Shown here piece by piece: positions 45,582-55,162 of a stretch of 64,000 bases of DNA (the first letter of the stretch is position 1; every line of letters begins with the position of its first letter). Position numbers and translations under genes: made by a program. This DNA comes from Ignavibacteriales bacterium. GTDB taxonomy: Bacteria; Bacteroidota; Ignavibacteria; UBA10030; SZUA-254. Location: assembly GCA_016214905.1 (NCBI GenBank), contig JACRMQ010000007.1:631695-695694 (forward strand), given 5' to 3'. The notes below the pieces were generated by a model, which was not told where the DNA came from, made no database searches, and was given only the letters and a program-made list of their open reading frames with translations.

Positions 45582-45814
45582 AGCGGCCGATAAAATCATA
45601 TTATCAGATCTTCGAGAGTGCCCCTGACCGTTGGATTGTTCTTATTGCTGTGGGGGTATTTATTTTTATTATTTACCTTCTGCTAAAGGTATAGCCGATG
45701 TTGAATCGTTTGAAATTGATAACTCGAAATGTAAATTGAGCACGTGAACGAACCACGTTGCTATCATAATTAACTGAAACATTAAACACATTCAAAGAAA
45801 GTGAGGGTATTTAC

Positions 45815-46681
45815 ATGAACACAACACGAAGTTTGGGGACAGTTCTCAGCGTGTTTGCGCTGTTGACCCTTATACTCTCCGGCTGCTACACCCAAATGGA
45901 GACCACACGAGACGGGCAGTACTCCGATGAGTATTACTCATCGGAATCTGGCACGACCGCTGTGGATAGTAGTAAGAGCGAAATAGTCATTGATAACTAT
46001 TACAATGACGGTTATGGCTACGGCTGGTATCCTAGCTATCGTTTTGGTTTATCCTACTACTATCCATACAGTCACTGGCCGTCGTACGGCTTTTTATCGG
46101 CATACTATAATCCGTGGTACAATAATCATCATTGGGATTATCCCTACTTTGGGTATTATTCAGGGCACTACTATTATCCATATTATGATGACTACGGTTA
46201 TGGCTACACGAACACTGACCGCCCCAGCGTGCGTCGTGGTATTCGAGATTATGGCTTAACTCGTGAGCGTGGCGAAAAGAGGCGCTCGGTCAACACGGAC
46301 AGAAACAACGAGTCGATCTCAGGTAGAAAATCCATGTCTTCACGCAAGATCAAAGTCTCACAGAGAACAATTGACCGACAACACCTTCGCAACGGCTCAC
46401 ATGCTGAGCGAAGTGACAAACCATCCTCATCATATCAGCCGAACCGGCGTATGTCTAGATCTTCTTCGTCTGGCTCGATAAGATCCAATAGCAATGGAGG
46501 TCGGCTGGATAGATCGTTCCAAAACCATGGTCGATCTTATGTGCCAACAACTCGACCTTCTCGATCAAGCTTCTCAGCACCACGCAGTAGCAGTGGATTC
46601 CGTGGTGGCGGTTTCGGAGGAGGGTCAAGAAGCAGTGGCGGCGGTTCTCGTGGCGTTGGATCAAGAGGAGGTCGTCGATGA
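45815..46681 (+). CDS. Low-complexity lipoprotein: Tyr-rich core, Ser/Arg/Gly-rich tail
   Basis: Lipobox LILSGCYT. A ~110-aa block with extreme Tyr/Gly/Trp content (YYYPYSHWPSYGF...YYSGHYYYPYYDDYGYGY), then an SR/RGG-like tail ending GGGSRGVGSRGGRR. Confidence 0.5.
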   Translation: MNTTRSLGTVLSVFALLTLILSGCYTQMETTRDGQYSDEYYSSESGTTAVDSSKSEIVIDNYYNDGYGYGWYPSYRFGLSYYYPYSHWPSYGFLSAYYNPWYNNHHWDYPYFGYYSGHYYYPYYDDYGYGYTNTDRPSVRRGIRDYGLTRERGEKRRSVNTDRNNESISGRKSMSSRKIKVSQRTIDRQHLRNGSHAERSDKPSSSYQPNRRMSRSSSSGSIRSNSNGGRLDRSFQNHGRSYVPTTRPSRSSFSAPRSSSGFRGGGFGGGSRSSGGGSRGVGSRGGRR

Positions 46682-46915
46682 TCTCGCTGTTACATCAGTC
46701 GGTAGTAGTATGGCAATTATGCGTTGTAAAATTAATTGCAGTATAGCTGCGTTACATTATTGGTGTGGGCTTGGCACCCACGTTAGTCAAGACCCTCCCA
46801 CTTGGCTGGCAAGCTGAGCCCACACTCCATTTATCATTAATGTTGAAGATCCGATGTAAATACGAACGGGGTAAGGAAACAATATGAGTACAACAAATAA
46901 AGGATTATCGGTAAA

Positions 46916-47548
46916 ATGGTAAAAAAGAAAATAGAGAAAACGCTCTCTGTACCGGAGAGTCGGACAAGAAAACCGCTACCGTTACTAATCCTTTTGGTAA
47001 TTGTGGTAGGATTTCTCGGGTACGCTGGCGTGACTCTCGTGAATAGTCTGAAAGCGCCAGACCACGTACATTCAAGAGACGACAATCCGGACCAGGTGAA
47101 GCAAGCAAACCAGACCGAGATCATGAGGTTGCAAAAGTTAATTGAGACTGGACCGAACAATGTACCCGCTTTGGCGCAACTCGGAGATTTGTATCTTCAA
47201 CAGGAAGAATATACTACCGCAGTAAAATGGTTTAATAAAGCTCTTACTGTTGATGAAAACAATGTACGTGTCTTGACTGGCTTGGGTAATGCTTACCGTC
47301 TGTCTGGAAAATCGGATGAAGGTATAGCATTACTACGTAAATCAATCGCTATTGACTCTTCTTATGCAGAATCATGGTTGCTCCTTGGCGTTGTGTACCG
47401 CTTCGAGAAGAACAAGCCCGACAGCGCACGATGGGCATGGGAGAAATTTCTCAGACTTGAATCAACAGGTGAGAATACAGAACGAGTGAAGAAAGAATTA
47501 AAGACAATCATTGCAGAACAACCGAATCGTAAAATTCTTTCTCAATGA
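46916..47548 (+). CDS. Membrane-anchored TPR protein
   Basis: One TM helix (LPLLILLVIVVGFLGYAGV), then about three TPR units (ALAQLGDLYLQQEEYTTAVKWFNKAL...). Confidence 0.6.
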   Translation: MVKKKIEKTLSVPESRTRKPLPLLILLVIVVGFLGYAGVTLVNSLKAPDHVHSRDDNPDQVKQANQTEIMRLQKLIETGPNNVPALAQLGDLYLQQEEYTTAVKWFNKALTVDENNVRVLTGLGNAYRLSGKSDEGIALLRKSIAIDSSYAESWLLLGVVYRFEKNKPDSARWAWEKFLRLESTGENTERVKKELKTIIAEQPNRKILSQ

Positions 47549-47615
47549 GTGGTAGTATTTATTATTTTGTGTAAGCAGTGGAAAAGTGTAAATTAATAAA
47601 CAGTGAGGAAACACA

Positions 47616-49745
47616 ATGAGTCAAACAAAAAGTCAAATAAAAAGTCAAATAATCGAATGGCGAGTCGCCAACCTTGATTGTGAGAATGAAGCTGCACAAA
47701 TTCGACGCGGCTTGGAACACCTTCCGGGAATCAAAGAACTTCGCGTGTTTCCCAAATCGGCAAAGGTTATGATTTCCATAGATGAGGCTATACTCAAATC
47801 CGACGCCGTAAAGTCAGCCTTAACACAAATGGGTTTTCCGGTTCTCCCGTCAAGGTCTGTTGCCGAAGCGCCCAAGCCGTGGAAAAATCCAAAAGTCATT
47901 ACCTCGGTACTCTCTGGAGTGATTCTCGGTCTTACATATCTTTTGGAGAATGTTGCCGGACTCGGTCTGCTACCCTCATCCATACTCTACGCCGCGGGAA
48001 TGCTGATCGGTGGATACTACTTTGGAAGAGAAGCGCTCGAAGAATTGTTCAAAGAGTGGGAGGTTGGCATCGAGTTGTTGATGAGCGTTGCTGCCATTGC
48101 TTCATTCGCATTAGGTCAGCCAGCTGAAGCATTGACTCTCGTATTTCTTTATTCAATTTCGGAAGCGCTTGAGAGTTACACTGAAGCAAAGACAAGAAAT
48201 GCCATCCGTGCGCTTATGGACTTGTCTCCAAAGTTTGCAACAGTGAAACGGAACGGTCAGGAGTTGGAAATCCCTGTGGAAGAGATTGCTCTTGGTGATG
48301 TCTTTCTTGTGCGACCCGGACAGTCCATGCCGACCGATGGAAAGGTGATGCGAGGTTCGTCGAGTGTAAATCAAGCGCCTGTCACGGGCGAGTCCGTTCC
48401 GGTTGAAAAAGGCATTGGCGACATGGTGTTTGCTGGGACAATCAACGAAGAAGGCGCTCTCGAAGTCGAAGCAACAAAGACGTTTGAGAACAATACACTT
48501 GCCCGCATCATTCATCTCGTTGAAGAAGCTCAGGAAGAAAAGGGAAAATCGGAACGATTCATTCGGCGATTCGGAAAATGGTATAGCCCCGCCGTGCTAC
48601 TTGTTGGAATACTTGTCGGTCTCATTCCTGCCATTTTTGATGGAGCATGGTGGGAGTGGGCTGTGCGCGCAACCGTATTCGTCGTTGCCGCATCTCCTTG
48701 CGCTCTCGTGATTTCAATTCCAATCACAATGGTGTCTGCACTCGGCACTGGCGCTCGTAAGGGTGTTCTAATCAAAGGTGGTGTCTATTTGGAAGAACTT
48801 GCAAAAGTCAAGGTCGTAGCTCTCGATAAAACAGGAACGCTCACACTCGGTAAGCCGCAAGTGTCGGATGTCGTTTCTCTCAATCAGCGAACGGAAAGCG
48901 AAGTACTAAAGCTTGCCGCATCAGTTGAACGCTATTCTCAACACCCTCTTGCAAAAGCGATAGTTGAAGAAACGGAAAAGAGAATGATTGTGTTTCCCAG
49001 CGCCGAAGAATTTCAATCGCTCACCAGTCAAGGTGTGGCGGCTTTGGTTGAGGGAAAAAAGATTTTTGTTGGAAGCCCGGTATTCTATACACAAGCCCTT
49101 GCACTGGACATCACTGCCTTCAAGAATCGTATTGACACACTGCAACGGGAAGGCAAGACAGTTGTGTTAGTCGGAAACGAAAGAGAGATTTACGGGACAA
49201 TAGCCATCAGAGATGGCATCAGACCCAATGCGAAGGAAACATTGAACGCATTGCGGAAGCAAGGTATTCAACGGATTGTGATGCTCACTGGTGATAACGC
49301 CGCAACTGCATCAGCTATTGCTCATGAGACGGGCGTTGACGAATTCTTTGCTGACTTAAAGCCGGAAGACAAATGCGTCAAGATTAAACTTCTTGAAGAG
49401 AAATATGGAAGAGTCATGATGGTGGGTGACGGCGTTAATGATGCACCTGCCTTGGCGCTTGCCACAGTAGGAATTGCAATGGGTGCTGCCGGAACAGACG
49501 TAGCAATGGAAACAGCAGATGTAGCACTAATGGGAGATGATCTCTCAAAACTTCCGTATGCTCTGTACCTTGCGCATCGCACGAAGCATGTAGTCCGACA
49601 GAATCTTGCTTTATCGATGGTTGTCATTGGTTCATTGGTCGTCGGCTCGCTTTCAGGCGGATTTACGCTGCCGATTGCTGTGATCGGACATGAACTAAGT
49701 GAGTTGGCTGTTATTGCGAGCGGACTGCGGTTGCTTAAAGGATAA
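47616..49745 (+). CDS. Heavy-metal-translocating P1B-type ATPase with SPC transmembrane motif
   Basis: TGES (VTGESVP), DKTGTLT, MLTGDN, GDGVNDAP. The TM metal site reads AASPCALVIS (SPC, not CPC), and the last TM carries HELSE. The N-terminal HMA-like domain has a single Cys (NLDCENEAAQI). Confidence 0.93.
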   Translation: MSQTKSQIKSQIIEWRVANLDCENEAAQIRRGLEHLPGIKELRVFPKSAKVMISIDEAILKSDAVKSALTQMGFPVLPSRSVAEAPKPWKNPKVITSVLSGVILGLTYLLENVAGLGLLPSSILYAAGMLIGGYYFGREALEELFKEWEVGIELLMSVAAIASFALGQPAEALTLVFLYSISEALESYTEAKTRNAIRALMDLSPKFATVKRNGQELEIPVEEIALGDVFLVRPGQSMPTDGKVMRGSSSVNQAPVTGESVPVEKGIGDMVFAGTINEEGALEVEATKTFENNTLARIIHLVEEAQEEKGKSERFIRRFGKWYSPAVLLVGILVGLIPAIFDGAWWEWAVRATVFVVAASPCALVISIPITMVSALGTGARKGVLIKGGVYLEELAKVKVVALDKTGTLTLGKPQVSDVVSLNQRTESEVLKLAASVERYSQHPLAKAIVEETEKRMIVFPSAEEFQSLTSQGVAALVEGKKIFVGSPVFYTQALALDITAFKNRIDTLQREGKTVVLVGNEREIYGTIAIRDGIRPNAKETLNALRKQGIQRIVMLTGDNAATASAIAHETGVDEFFADLKPEDKCVKIKLLEEKYGRVMMVGDGVNDAPALALATVGIAMGAAGTDVAMETADVALMGDDLSKLPYALYLAHRTKHVVRQNLALSMVVIGSLVVGSLSGGFTLPIAVIGHELSELAVIASGLRLLKG

Positions 49746-49818
49746 TTTTACTTTATTTTTAGTTATGCGTTAGCATAACAATTTGAACCCTTATGCGTCT
49801 TTATATTTGGCATACATA

Positions 49819-50397
49819 ATGAAAAAAACACACCAGGACTTAGATGAAGATAAACTCCTTATATTGTTGGAGGAATCTAAAGAAGGTAATCCTAAAGCCT
49901 TGGGTAAAATTTGTGAACATTTTTACCCAAAGATATATCGTTTTCTTTTCTACCGTGTTAATGGTATTGAAAATGCAGAAGATCTAACTGGAGAAGTGTG
50001 TGCGAGAGTAATTCAATCTATGAATGAACAAAAAGGATCATTTACATCATGGATTTACACTATTGCTTCTAACATGGTTACAGATCATTATCGTCGTAGA
50101 TCAGTACGATCAATAGTTGAAATGAAAGAAGATTTAGCCGAAACCGTTGGCTACAATGACAATTCTATGGAAAACTCGTTGACACAGAATGAATTAAAAG
50201 ATGCAATACTTCAACTAACGGAAGAACAACAAAAAGTGATAACCCTTAAATTCATTGAAGGATATGAGACGGAAGAGATTGCGAATATGCTTAGTAAATC
50301 AGCAGGAGCGGTTCGGGCTATCCAATTCAGAGCATTAACAGCGCTGCGAACACTGTTCGGCGCTTATGAGAAGTTGGGAAAGGAGAAGATAGACTGA
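49819..50397 (+). CDS. ECF-type sigma-70 family RNA polymerase sigma factor
   Basis: Region 2 (FYPKIYRFLFYRV, SWIYTIASNMVTDHYRR) and region 4 (EEQQKVITLKFIEGYETEEIANMLSKSAGAVRAIQFRAL). Confidence 0.85.
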   Translation: MKKTHQDLDEDKLLILLEESKEGNPKALGKICEHFYPKIYRFLFYRVNGIENAEDLTGEVCARVIQSMNEQKGSFTSWIYTIASNMVTDHYRRRSVRSIVEMKEDLAETVGYNDNSMENSLTQNELKDAILQLTEEQQKVITLKFIEGYETEEIANMLSKSAGAVRAIQFRALTALRTLFGAYEKLGKEKID

Positions 50398-51282
50398 ATG
50401 GAAAGAGATATTGAATTGCTTTTGGATAATTGCATCAAGGAATTGAGAAATGGGAAAAGCATTGAGGAGTGCTTGGCTGGATATCCTGATCTTGTCGGCC
50501 AATTGAAGCCGTTATTGATGCTGGTTGAAAAGATTCAAGCAGTACCACAACCGGAACCAGCACCTGAAGCAATATCAGCGGCATTGATAACTATAGGTCA
50601 GCAATTAGCAAATCGTACTATAGATCAGAAAGCGTCCAATACCTATCGGAAGAAACACAAAATAATTTCTTTTCTAAATATTTTTCAGCGACCTAAATTA
50701 CTATGGGCGCTCAATGCTACGTTTGTATTACTCATTATTGTTTTCGGAATCACCACAATATCCGCCAATAGCCTCCCCGGCGATATACTGTATCCGATAA
50801 AACTCGTTACTGAAAAGGTAAAGTTTCTGCTCACATTCGATTCCGAGAAGAAAGCAGAACTTCGCTTGACCTTCTCCGACAAGCGTCTAGAGGAAATGAT
50901 AAAAACTTTTCAGCGATCCAATGCTCTTGACACGATGTTACTAAAGGCAATGCTTGATGAAGCAAAATTGGCACTCGAGGAAAATAAACAACCGACTCAA
51001 ACAGCATCTCTTTTTCTTACTAAGCTCAGTCACACGAATGCACTACAGAAAGATGTGTTAAAAAGAATTCGTTCGCAAGCTGATCCATCAAGCCGCCCCA
51101 TTGTGGATAAGGCAATAGGTATGTGTGATATGCGTGACCGTTGGATGCGGGGTATGATGGATGATCAGAATGATAACCATTCAATAAATTCCGATTCGGT
51201 ATATTCAACATCCCCCGGGTCTCAGAGAAAGGAACAGTCAAAGAAGTGCGAATGGGGTCCCGGTTGTGATTGGATGCGATAA
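50398..51282 (+). CDS. Putative anti-sigma factor (single TM, DUF5667-like periplasmic domain)
   Basis: Starts 1 nt after the sigma gene's stop. Central TM helix LLWALNATFVLLIIVFGITTI. The call rests on position and topology. Confidence 0.5.
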   Translation: MERDIELLLDNCIKELRNGKSIEECLAGYPDLVGQLKPLLMLVEKIQAVPQPEPAPEAISAALITIGQQLANRTIDQKASNTYRKKHKIISFLNIFQRPKLLWALNATFVLLIIVFGITTISANSLPGDILYPIKLVTEKVKFLLTFDSEKKAELRLTFSDKRLEEMIKTFQRSNALDTMLLKAMLDEAKLALEENKQPTQTASLFLTKLSHTNALQKDVLKRIRSQADPSSRPIVDKAIGMCDMRDRWMRGMMDDQNDNHSINSDSVYSTSPGSQRKEQSKKCEWGPGCDWMR

Positions 51283-51381
51283 AAATGCTACCGATCGGGT
51301 AATAGGATAACAATTTTTATTATTGTGCGTCTTATTATGTGAACTCACAATTGTATAACGATAAATAAAAGGATTAAAATA

Positions 51382-51909
51382 ATGTTCACAAAAACCAGAT
51401 ATTTCAAAGCATTAATTGCTATCTTTGGGATAGTAGCAACATTTGCGATAATATCAAGCTTTGCTTCTGCGCAAGGTTGGGGTTGCTGCAGGGGTAATAA
51501 TGAATCACGGTGGTCGAATGCTAATGTTCCTGAGAAGTATTGGCTCACAACAGATCAAAGATCCCAAATACGGGATATATGGTCTGAATACGAGAGCAAA
51601 ATATTACCCATAGAGAAAGAATTGAACTCCATGAGGATAGAAGCACAAGGTTATACCTCTCGTTCTGGTGCTGATGTCGGAAAAATCAAGTCTTATAGAA
51701 CAGAGATTAGAAATCTGGAAGACAAGATTCAAGACCTCCGCTTAGATAACAGAGGTGAAATCAATAAGATTCTGACCAAAGAGCAGAGAGTGTACTTCGG
51801 CGATAATTACGATTGGTGGAACATGGATCATGACAGGATGGGCAATATGGGAGATAGTATGGGCACGCATGATGACTGCTCAATGATGTCAGACCGGTGG
51901 GGTTGGTAG
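51382..51909 (+). CDS. Spy/CpxP/ZraP-family periplasmic protein
   Basis: Signal peptide. LTxxQ-type motifs LTTDQRSQIRDIW and LTKEQRVYF. Met/His/Asp-rich C-terminus. Confidence 0.6.
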   Translation: MFTKTRYFKALIAIFGIVATFAIISSFASAQGWGCCRGNNESRWSNANVPEKYWLTTDQRSQIRDIWSEYESKILPIEKELNSMRIEAQGYTSRSGADVGKIKSYRTEIRNLEDKIQDLRLDNRGEINKILTKEQRVYFGDNYDWWNMDHDRMGNMGDSMGTHDDCSMMSDRWGW

Positions 51910-51990
51910 TTGTATAATCAAACGAGAGGGTGGAAACAAATTGATCTGCCCTCTCATTTTCAAACTAAACATTTTATTAAGGAAAAAGCA

Positions 51991-52266
51991 ATGATGTGGA
52001 ATTCAGGTTGTTCATGGTGGTGGGGACCCGGATATTTTTTCGGCGGACCGTTCGGTATGATAATTGGCATCGTTTTCTGGGCGTTAGTTGCTTATGCCAT
52101 ATTCCGGTTAATTCTTAACGTAGTGAATCGATCCTTTGTAGCGACCAAGTCCGAAAAACCCTTGAGCAAAGAAGAAACTGCCATGGAAATACTTAAACGA
52201 AGATATGCGAAAGGTGAGATAGACGGTGAGGAATTTACACGGAGGAAGAAAGATTTAGCAGAATGA
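51991..52266 (+). CDS. SHOCT-domain membrane protein
   Basis: The C-terminal AMEILKRRYAKGEIDGEEFTRRKKDL is a SHOCT motif. N-terminal Trp/Gly-rich TM segment. ATG 51991 with aagga RBS. Confidence 0.7.
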   Translation: MMWNSGCSWWWGPGYFFGGPFGMIIGIVFWALVAYAIFRLILNVVNRSFVATKSEKPLSKEETAMEILKRRYAKGEIDGEEFTRRKKDLAE

Positions 52267-52320
52267 CTCTGTCCAAACAGAGCTATTTTTTAATTTGCTT
52301 TCATAGAAAGGAAATAGACA

Positions 52321-52722
52321 ATGGAAACGACAAAATACGCATTTAAAACAACGGTGAACCTCTCGTACAATGAGGCAATCCAAAAAGTCACCGAAGAACT
52401 AAAGAAAGAAGGGTTTGGCGTTTTAACAGAGATTGACGTGAAGGAAACACTGAAGAAAAAGTTAGATGTCGACTTTCGAAAATACAAAATCTTAGGCGCT
52501 TGCAATCCGCCAAACGCCTTCAAAGCCCTGCAGGCTGAGACCGACATCGGACTTATGCTTCCGTGCAACGTTGTTGTATACGAAGGTAATGACGGAAAAA
52601 CAATCGTCGCTGCCGTTGATCCGGTTGCTTCGATGATGGCAATCGAAAACGCTTCACTCGGTCAGGTTGCCAATGACGTGAGATCAAAGCTTCAACGAGC
52701 GATTAAGGCATTAGAGCAGTAA
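52321..52722 (+). CDS. DUF302 domain protein (paralogue of 31228-31617)
   Basis: GFGVLTEIDVKETLKKKLDVDFRKYKILGACNPPNAFKAL...MLPCNVV. Confidence 0.8.
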   Translation: METTKYAFKTTVNLSYNEAIQKVTEELKKEGFGVLTEIDVKETLKKKLDVDFRKYKILGACNPPNAFKALQAETDIGLMLPCNVVVYEGNDGKTIVAAVDPVASMMAIENASLGQVANDVRSKLQRAIKALEQ

Positions 52723-52954
52723 AAAAGGATTAAGCATTAAGAAACTTACCAGAATCTTGACTGTTGATCCCACAACCCTAGCTAGGTGGGACAAAGGCAA
52801 GAGCAAACCAATGCCAACATTAAGAAATCAGTTGAATAAACTCATTAATGGCGCAGACTCAGGTATTTTAGAAAATGTTGACCTTGATGTAACAATTCAT
52901 TTGCAAAGGACAGTCCCTTATCGTATATTATCGATAAACGATTATAAGATTATT

Positions 52955-53293
52955 ATGGCATTTAGCAAGAAGAGCAGTTTTGACAAGCGACAGTCGAGAG
53001 TTTCTGGGTATGCAAATGCTCTATCGCATCCGGCGCGCGTCGCGATTCTTGAAACTCTTGCCAAACGCAAGAGTTGTATTTGTGGTGAAATCGTAGAAGT
53101 TCTACCCCTCGCACAATCAACTGTTTCCCAACATCTAAAGGAACTACGCGAGATAGGATTGATCAAGGGTGAAATTGAAGGACTGCGCTCGTGTTACTGC
53201 ATCAATACAGAAAAGTGGCGCGAGATGGTCGATGAAATCCGAAAATTCTTTGATGAAATCAATAGTAGTCTGCCAAATCAAAAATGTTGCTAA
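52955..53293 (+). CDS. arsR: ArsR/SmtB-family metalloregulator
   Basis: ALSHPARVAILETLAKRKSCICGEIVEVLPLAQSTVSQHLKELREIGLI is a canonical ArsR wHTH with a Cys pair, and there is a C-terminal CC. ATG 52955 is preferred; the tracked ORF start at 52757 adds an unrelated HTH fragment. Confidence 0.8.
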   Translation: MAFSKKSSFDKRQSRVSGYANALSHPARVAILETLAKRKSCICGEIVEVLPLAQSTVSQHLKELREIGLIKGEIEGLRSCYCINTEKWREMVDEIRKFFDEINSSLPNQKCC

Positions 53294-53312
53294 AGGCATT
53301 GGAGAATAGATT

Positions 53313-54161
53313 ATGAACAAACCGGATAATGTTAAGAAAATGGTCAAAGATAAATATGCTCACATCGCCGAGCAGACGACTGAAGAAAATGCGAAGTCTT
53401 GTTGTGGTGTGGGAGGATGTTGCACTGTAGATTACGCTGTCTTTGCCGAGGACTATTCCAAGATGCAGGGCTATGTTGCAGATGCGGACTTAGGCCTTGG
53501 ATGTGGAATCCCAACGGAATTCGCGCAGATGAAACCTGGTGATATCGTCATCGATTTAGGATCGGGAGCCGGGAATGATGTCTTCGTATCTCGTGCGATC
53601 GTGGGAGAGAAAGGAAAGGTTATCGGAGTTGATATGACGGAAGCAATGATAGTCAAGGCCCGAGCAAATTGTGAAAAGCTCGGTTTCAAGAATGTTGAGT
53701 TCCGTCTTGGCGAAATTGAAAAACTTCCTATAGCTTCAGGTATCGCCGATGTCGTGATCAGTAATTGCGTGCTCAATCTCGTTCCTAATAAAGAGAAAGC
53801 ATTTCAAGAAATCTTCCGTGTATTAAAGACGGGGGGCCGGTTTAGCATTTCTGACGTCGTGACTTCTGGGCTCTTACCTGAAAAAATATTAGGGGCAGCG
53901 GAGTTGTATGTGGGATGTGTAGCAGGCGCTCTCAAAAAGTCCGATTATCTTGCTACCATTCAAAAGGCAGGATTTGAAAATATCCGTGTCGTAAAGGAGA
54001 AGCCGGTTACCATCCCAGATGAGATTCTCTTGCAATATTTGGGCAGGGATGATCTCGACAACAGATATCATGCCTCCAATAACGCAATTCTAAGCATTAC
54101 TGTCTACGCAGAAAAGCAAGCATGTTGTGCACCCGGTTGTTGCGGCAAAACGGCATCGTAA
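53313..54161 (+). CDS. arsM: Arsenite S-adenosylmethionine methyltransferase
   Basis: N-terminal Cys cluster SCCGVGGCC, LGLGCGIP, SAM motif I VIDLGSGAGNDV, and ISNCVLNLVP with the conserved Cys. Cys-rich C-terminus. Confidence 0.85.
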   Translation: MNKPDNVKKMVKDKYAHIAEQTTEENAKSCCGVGGCCTVDYAVFAEDYSKMQGYVADADLGLGCGIPTEFAQMKPGDIVIDLGSGAGNDVFVSRAIVGEKGKVIGVDMTEAMIVKARANCEKLGFKNVEFRLGEIEKLPIASGIADVVISNCVLNLVPNKEKAFQEIFRVLKTGGRFSISDVVTSGLLPEKILGAAELYVGCVAGALKKSDYLATIQKAGFENIRVVKEKPVTIPDEILLQYLGRDDLDNRYHASNNAILSITVYAEKQACCAPGCCGKTAS

Positions 54162-54182
54162 ATAGTTAATGAGGTGACATCA

Positions 54183-54449
54183 ATGGAAAATACAACAAAG
54201 AACAACAGCCCACACGGCTGTGATTGTGAACCGGGGTGTTGCGAAACTAAAAAACCTGCGGGTTGGAAAATAATCGCATCTGTGGTCATCATTCTTGCCG
54301 CAACCATCATTGTTATTATCAAACTTTCTGATCATGGAAAAGCAAGAAACAGCGGTGGTATGATTCATACAGAAGATACTTCTTCTTGCAGTACAGGAAC
54401 CGTTGACACCAATAAATGTGACACCACTAAATCAAAATGTTGTCCCTGA
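54183..54449 (+). CDS. Small Cys-rich single-TM protein
   Basis: HGCDCEPGCCETKK, a TM helix, then a C-terminal CSTGTVDTNKCDTTKSKCC. No family recognised. Confidence 0.4.
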   Translation: MENTTKNNSPHGCDCEPGCCETKKPAGWKIIASVVIILAATIIVIIKLSDHGKARNSGGMIHTEDTSSCSTGTVDTNKCDTTKSKCCP

Positions 54450-55150
54450 TGGAAGAATGGATTAGAAATATCGCCAATGCAGATATCACTTCTGCGTCAA
54501 TGCTTCCCGCCGCATTCCTGCTGGGGATGTTGGGAGCATTTAGTTCCTGCTGTAATTTTGCAGTGATAGGAGCAATTGCAGGATATTCTGGAAAACTTGG
54601 AAATGAGCAAAAGAAGAAAACGATTATGTTTAGCAGCATTTCGTTCTTGATCGGAACAGTCATATCTCTAGGGTTAATCGGAGCCCTTTCTGGTTATATA
54701 AGCCATTATCTCATTCAATCAATAGGAAATTACTGGAAAATAGCAGCGGGAATATTATCAATTCTATTCGGCCTTGCAACATTAAATTGGTTTCAATTTA
54801 AATTACCATCCGTCAAAACAGAAACTACTCAAATAAGAGAAGGAATATTGCCTGCATTAATTTTCGGTCTTGCCATTGGTGGCTTATCTACTGCTTGTAA
54901 CACTGGTTGCAATCCTCTGTTCCCGATTGTAATTGGCGCTTCTTTTTTAAAAGGTGGCGCATTCTGGGGCGCATTAATGCTGGTATTATTTGCATTGGGA
55001 TATGGTCTGCCTTTGACTGCAGCGATGATCGGTATTGGATGGGGTTCCGGGAAAATTTCATTGTTCATCGATAAATTCAATATTGTGCTGCAGTACGCTT
55101 CAGGTTTTCTCCTTATCACAATAGGGTTCTATTTAATAGTCACTTTGTAG
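54437..55150 (+). CDS. CcdA/DsbD-type transmembrane thiol-disulfide electron transporter
   Basis: Six TM helices with Cys in TM1 (LGAFSSCCNFAV) and a second Cys region (STACNTGCNPLFP). Overlaps the upstream gene by 13 nt. Confidence 0.65.
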   Translation: MLSLMEEWIRNIANADITSASMLPAAFLLGMLGAFSSCCNFAVIGAIAGYSGKLGNEQKKKTIMFSSISFLIGTVISLGLIGALSGYISHYLIQSIGNYWKIAAGILSILFGLATLNWFQFKLPSVKTETTQIREGILPALIFGLAIGGLSTACNTGCNPLFPIVIGASFLKGGAFWGALMLVLFALGYGLPLTAAMIGIGWGSGKISLFIDKFNIVLQYASGFLLITIGFYLIVTL

Positions 55151-55162
55151 CGATTGTGTCGG

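Noticed and set aside
46494-47160. ORFs 46494-46817 (+) and 46837-47160 (-) between the Tyr-rich lipoprotein and the TPR gene.
   Set aside because: The first is an alternative frame of the low-complexity lipoprotein tail running into a hairpin (gtgtgggct 46763-46771 / agcccacac 46817-46825). The second is antisense to the start of the TPR gene.
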